Assembly: GCA_012295275.1 (NCBI GenBank)
Contig: CM022672.1
Location: 32,674,001-32,738,000 of the forward strand
Source: Chrysomallon squamiferum
Lineage: Eukaryota; Animalia; Mollusca
Length of the DNA: 64,000 nt
Direction: 5' to 3'
The notes beneath the pieces are model-generated. The model was not told the origin of the DNA. It did no database searches and saw nothing but the letters and a program-made list of their open reading frames with translations. Position 1 is the stretch's first letter. Each line of letters starts with the position of its first letter. The position numbers and the translations under genes were made by a program. This document shows, in pieces, positions 57,807 to 64,000 of this stretch.

Positions 57807-58228
57807 TAATCGTCTACAGAGTTGAGGGGGATAAAGCAGAAATATCCATCACCAGTTATTACAACAGGCTCGTTCACGATCTGTAAATGTCAAACAGTTG
57901 AAGTTAAGAGGAGTGGCCGAGTTCTGCAAGTCAGTCTTCTGGTCATCTGACTGTCCTTGGACTGTATCAGATATCGAAATGACCTGTGGCATGGAACAAT
58001 ACATTCTGAGTTCAACTAGGACAATAAAAATAAAATAAAACAAAACCAAACGTACAGACAATGACTGGTAGTCCGAGTTCGCTGACTTCCTTCGATGATG
58101 GACAGGTCAGCAGGCGGCAGAAGACAAAAGTACTCGGACTAAACAAAAACTTGAAATCACTGAACTTGAAGTTCATGTAATATATTTCTTCTTGTAGTTT
58201 TAAACATTACTACTGTTTTGTTTGACAG

Positions 58229-58490
58229 ATGGTCCGCAAAGAGTCAGCACTGAAGGAAATAAAAACAGTTTTCTTGCTGATAACGGAACAATGTCCTTCA
58301 CATGTGAAACAAGCAATACAAACGGTGACGTCAGGTTTACATGGGAAAAATGAATTAAATGATGACTATATAACTAACAATAATGAAATATAGAGGTTTA
58401 CAGGTAACTATGGTTACATTTATTGGAATATTCTGACATTCGTGACTCGCTGGTACCAGGATGGAGTTGTGATTTAGTGTTCTGTGTATC
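58229..58490 (+). pseudogene. Nephrin/hemicentin-like immunoglobulin domain pseudo-exon
   Basis: tttgacag| phase-1 acceptor; GPQRVSTEGNKNSFLADNGTMSFTCETSNTNGDVRFTW then, after a frameshift, GNYGYIYWNILTFVTRWYQDGVVI*CSV. Ig B-strand Cys, C-strand Trp and DG..xC F-strand are present, with stops. Confidence 0.7.
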
Positions 58491-60330
58491 TGTGTATGTA
58501 TGTATATATATACACACACACACATATAAATATACACAATGACAAAAACATGTATCTATCTATATACATCTAAATGGTCTCACAATCGAGAGGGCGCGCA
58601 CACTACGTTTGCATAAATACACAGACCAACAGGTCCACAAACCCGGTGATTCACGTTTATAATGAACTGACTAACACAGAAATACAAGTGACATACAAAC
58701 ACACGCACGCACACAAACTGAAGAACAAACAAATAGAAATATGAATAGAAATAATAAAAAAAACATTTTCAGAAATTATGTAATTAATAGATATGAAATA
58801 ATCAACGGAAGGGAAGGGAACAGTCATATATCAGTGCAAACTGTATATTAAATAAGCAAACAACATTTTCCTCTTTTACAACGTTTTCGTATACACATAC
58901 ATACAGTCATACACAAGTACGTACACTTGCACACACATAATACACAAGTAGATATATAATTACCTACATTCATACACACAATTCAAACACACAGGTATAT
59001 ATACCTACACAGATACAGAATTATACAGAGATACACAAATATATACACTCACACACATAATACACCCACATATACTTAAATACATTCATATACATAATAC
59101 AAATAGATACACACACATACAAATACATAATATATATAATATATACACATACAGACATATATACACACAAATAAATACCGCATAATACACACACAGATAC
59201 ACATACATGCATACATACAAATTCACACAACAGAGACAGATACACATGGATACGTACATTCAAATACATACAAAATAATACAAACACACAGATACACACA
59301 TAAACACGCATGCACATAATACACACAGCTACACATACAAACTCATATACACATAATACAAACACAGAGACATACATACATATATACTGTCATTATTTGT
59401 CCATGAATTGATTCTAGTAATGTTTGTTTCAGATGCTTTGTTTTGAGTATAGCTTACAGGTTAGTTTTTTTTTTTTTTTAGGTCAAATGTGTATTATGTA
59501 ACATTACAAATTCTCACTGAATTTCCTGTAGATGAATTTACATATATGTATATATAAAAGTGATGGACTCTCTCCTTTTTTATTAACTACTTTGACAGTG
59601 TTAGCGTCATATATTTTCTCTTTATTTTCTGGCTAACATGCAGTTACGATGCAGTGGAAATACAGTTTATATATAGTAGAGATCATAGTGAAGATGATTT
59701 TGAAACACCCACATCATAGATTTTGAACATGTTTATGTAGATATTCCTATTTAGAAAGTTGTTTTTGTTCTTTATTTTCAAAAATGTTATTTATAGAAAT
59801 AACTTATTTATTTTTGTTCATTGGCTGGTTTCTTTCTTTCCTTTTTAGTTTTAATAAAGAAAGGAAAAAAGAAAACATAATCCTGATTCAAAGGATGTGT
59901 TTTCTTTATAGCAAAATTTCATCTTTCTTTCTGTATCACATATATCTGTTGTTACTAGAAACTTTCTTTCAAAAGTAATGACATCATATTTATACTAAAT
60001 TAAAAAAAATTAAAAAAAAATAAAAAAATCTGGTGACGTCAATTACTCTCGGGCAGTAATCTAGAACCTTCTTTCTACGTCAGTCGCACCACAGATTTCA
60101 TTATTTCAACATTTATTTTAGTTTAGTTTAGTTTTGTATGAGTGAATATTTTCTGCGACTTTGGGAGTTCAGTCGACATAGGTAATTATTAATGATTTAC
60201 AAATGATTACAATATTGTAATAGAGTTACGGAATTTTATAATTTATCTGAATTTTATGCTTTTGAAGTAGATTTGTTTTGTTGTTACAGATTTATATAAG
60301 ACTGATAGTTTTTGTGTGGTTTTTCTTTTC

Positions 60331-60424
<94 letters not shown>

Positions 60425-62306
60425 TTTGTTTTTTTATTGTGTTTTTATTTTTTTATTTTTTTTATTATTATTATTATTTTTTTTTTTTTTCAGACACTAG
60501 ATGAACTGAAAGTGAAACTCATTCTTCTGTTGTGTATAACTTTTCTTTCAAAGGCCATCTACAGACGGTCTGGGATTCTAGTCTTGTTGAATTATGCAGG
60601 ACATTCGTATCTGGTTGTTGGGAGTTTTCTCCCCTGGTGTAGACCAGCAGACGACTTCCGGCTCAAATGTATCTGTAATATCTTCTGAGTAGGTATCAGC
60701 CTCGACAGTTACCTGTCTGATAAACTGTAGGTCGTGCCAGCATTCTTTTATTGGTAGAGCATCTTCAACACAATGGAAAAATACTTCTAAATAATTATTC
60801 TACTTGTTTTTTTTTGTTTTTGTTTTTTTTATTGTATCTTCAGGAAAGACATGATTCTGTTACAAGAATATGGAGAAAAATATAAAGGTTACTTTACAAT
60901 TGAGATATCTACTGATATAGAGCAATTATCATTACATAAGATGGGTTTTTCTTTCCCAATTTTATTATTTTATTTTTTATTTTTATTTTTTCTGCTTTAC
61001 ACGTCAATGTTGATTTCTTGATTATTTAGTTAACAGTGGATGATACTGTTATCAGGAAGGGAGCGAAAAACTTCCACTATAATGACTAATGACTCTGCAA
61101 AAGCTCTGTGTTGTTCCACGTTGCAGATTTGTAATTAATGGTGAAGAAATGAAAAGATGTGTGGCAATGATGTTTTCAGATTCAGAGCAGGTTCCAGCTT
61201 AATGTAGCCTTCATGAAGAATATTAGCAGTTATCTGGGAGCAATCATAAGTGGTTTAACGTATTTCATAAAATCAAATTTTTGAAAAGATTCTGGCTCAA
61301 ATATAATGTTCATCAATGAAATAATTCACTTGTTTTCTCAGTTTCGAGGCAACTGTAATATTAAAAAAGGATGAATTTCTAGACAGGTGTAGAAAACGTC
61401 ATTTCCTGTACCATTGATATGGCCACTTCCTGGACAACCGATAACGTCGTTAAGTAAACAGTTTTAATAAAACATGACAGTTTTGTTTAGACATCTGGTT
61501 AGTCAAAATAAATAATTGTCCTAAAAGTTATTTCATATACGTGTAAACAGAGGAACGATAGTTTATATTACTATATGTACTGTATTATATTATTTCTGAC
61601 AACATTTTATTTTTATTTATAATGTTCATTGGAAGAAACAATTTTTCCAATTCCAAAGTGCGAAACTTTACCAAACGTATTACAATTGACAAAATAAGTA
61701 TGGTCCGAAGTTGACGTAAAATACAAACGATACCGCAAAACAAATATTTAGTTCACTGCTGTTTCTGCTTTATGAACACGAAAACGAGAATAAAATGTTA
61801 TTGTTGTTGTTGTTTAATTCACTGAAAAAATGCTGTCTATAATTCAGTATTGAGAAATGTGACTGTCATCAGACAGTTCTGTGTGTTTGATAAACTTTGT
61901 CTGTTTAGAGTCACTCAAACACTCACTGACGATTCCAAGTAAAATGAGTGATTACAACTTTCCTGCATTCAAACGAAAATTGTTTATATATATGTGTGTC
62001 TCACAAAACAATTCTGGTATAATGATTATACAAACGTGTTCACTTTGTTATAAACAAATTACCTACCTTAGACAACAAATATCAAGTATACCTAACATGT
62101 GAATTAACAAATAAAAATAAATTCTCAGTAATAAACATAATTTTAATTCACTGTTACTCCCCTTAAACATTTTTAAATTCACAGACTGAATAATAATTAC
62201 TTAAAATAAATAACAAAATTAAAATTACTAAATTTAATAACAACTACTAAAATAATAATAATAATGAAATAAAAAATGGTATGTGTTCACCTGTCAGTAC
62301 AAATAT

Positions 62307-62525
62307 GGGTGTGGTACTAGCTCAGTGGTGGAGTAACAACAGCATGTGGATGATCAGTGGATGAGTCTCTGTTGTCAAGTCTCTCAACTATTTCTTGTTA
62401 CACCCAGTGCTGACATAACAAATGACATGGTACATACTGTCCTGTCAGTGGTATGTAGTATCCTGTTTCTGCTACATACTGTCCTGTAGTATGTAGTATC
62501 CCGCCTTTCTCATCAGAAAGAGCAA
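62307..62525 (+). mobile_element. Decayed tRNA-derived SINE (5' part)
   Basis: A-box TAGCTCAGTGG, then ctatttcttgtt..ccagtgct..taacaaa..tggta..tactgtcctgtc. Too degenerate for a tRNA cloverleaf. Confidence 0.55.
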
Positions 62526-63467
62526 TCAAATAAATAAATAAAAGTCTATTTATATAGCGGAATATCCATTAATGATGTTCTAATGCATTTAACAATACTG
62601 AAACAATAAACACTTAAAATCTTATATACATATACACATATGTATATCTTTATAAAAGTGTTCTCATTATGTCCATTCATGACTACGTATTTAGCCATCC
62701 ATCAATTATCAGTCTGTAGATCTACCAACCTATTTTTATTTATCTGTAATTAAACCCTTTCCATCCCCTACCCTTCTGTGTATCATCCATCTATACACAG
62801 TATGCTTATTCATCCTTCTAAAACATCCATCTATTCATCCATACATCCATCAGTCCATCTATCTACCTATCTATTTGTCTAGTTATCTGTGCCTCTCTCT
62901 TGGAAACGCATAAACAAGTACACTAAAATACCCACATGTACAGACATGTATATAACCATTCTATGTTCCTAGCATACACACACATATATTCAAATAAACA
63001 TACATTATATCCTCTCCTCCTTTCAGATTTGCATATAAACTCTCACTGTGTAAAACATGTAAACATAAACACTCACATGTACACTTGTGTGTGTTTGGTG
63101 TTTGTGGGAGGGCAACAATGGAAACATCAATACTACTACTACTACTACAAGTACTACTATGCTATTACCACCATTTCTGCTGCTACTACTACTACTATTA
63201 CTACTACTACTGCTACTACTATTATACCACTATCAATGTTACTGCCAGTAGCAGAACTATATTTGAACAGATATGGGATGTTTTGGAAGCAGCATAACAG
63301 ATAACAATATATATATATATATATTTAATTAAATGCAGCATCTCAGATTTTCATTACTATTTTGTAGCAGTGTTAACTGATGTTACTTCTGCAGCCTTTC
63401 TTTCATAGAAGATCCATCCCTGCTTGACTACTACTGCTACTGTTACTATTACTACTATTACTACTAT

Positions 63468-63502
<35 letters not shown>

Positions 63503-64000
63503 ATAATAATAATAATAATAATCATGCTGACAACACACTTTTTAAATAGCAACATTGACAGTAACAATAACTGAAAAGACAAAGCACACAATAACAACAT
63601 TATGGTTAACAGTAAATATGACAAGAACATAAGCAATATTAACCGAAATGATAGAAATAACAGTTACCCTAAAAACAGCTTTATTATTAATTCTTGTTTT
63701 AATCTTAGATAAAAAACTGTTAAATAATTACTAACTAACAAGTACTACAAAACTACTAGTTTTATTAGTAATTCTTGTTTTAATTAGATAAAAAGTGTTA
63801 TATTATTACAAACACAACATACAAAACTACCAGTTTTATTATTAATTCTTGTTTTCTTCTTACATTTCTTTATGTGCATCATTGTCACAGCATTGATGTT
63901 TATAATAGTTATTCACGAAAACTGAATAAACAGAACACACAGACACACACACACAAACACCTACATATATCTATAATTATTTATATACACACATACACAC

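Larger units (their letters stand above)
52621..58155. repeat. Direct duplication: 52621-55063 repeated at 55939-58155
   Basis: Long near-identical runs and paired spurious ORFs (53441/56763, 53586/56908), with ~0.9 kb of unique spacer. Confidence 0.95.

Noticed and set aside
62307-62400. tRNA gene
   Set aside because: Only an A-box is recognisable, with no B-box or cloverleaf. The downstream sequence fits a SINE body.

Overview
AT-rich, microsatellite-dense eukaryotic DNA. The gene families and the SINE type suggest a mollusc, probably a gastropod (inference). Almost all ORFs in the supplied track are simple-repeat artefacts. Two intact spliced genes can be built, both on the minus strand: a 436-aa BTB-BACK-PHR protein (3501-5046, 2 coding exons) and a 128-aa, 10-cysteine beta-microseminoprotein (PSP94)-like secreted protein (22227-28056, 3 exons) whose second intron is mostly a 4.6-kb 39-bp minisatellite. 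The main large-scale structure is an inverted segmental duplication: ~11.6-19.2 kb mirrors parts of ~36.3-50.6 kb and encloses the beta-MSP-like gene. Each arm carries a perlucin-like C-type lectin pseudogene, a repeated motif-rich promoter/first-exon-like module and degenerate TTAGGG-rich sequence. Other features: a beta-MSP paralogue exon remnant, a nephrin-like Ig pseudo-exon, a ~2.3-kb direct duplication, several satellites and many decayed transposons (MULE, pogo, Tc1, Sola-like, Merlin-like, hAT MITE, L1/Tx1, CR1-like LINE, SINE). No prokaryotic-type system (CRISPR, operon) is present. All homology calls come from motif recognition by eye, not from database searches.
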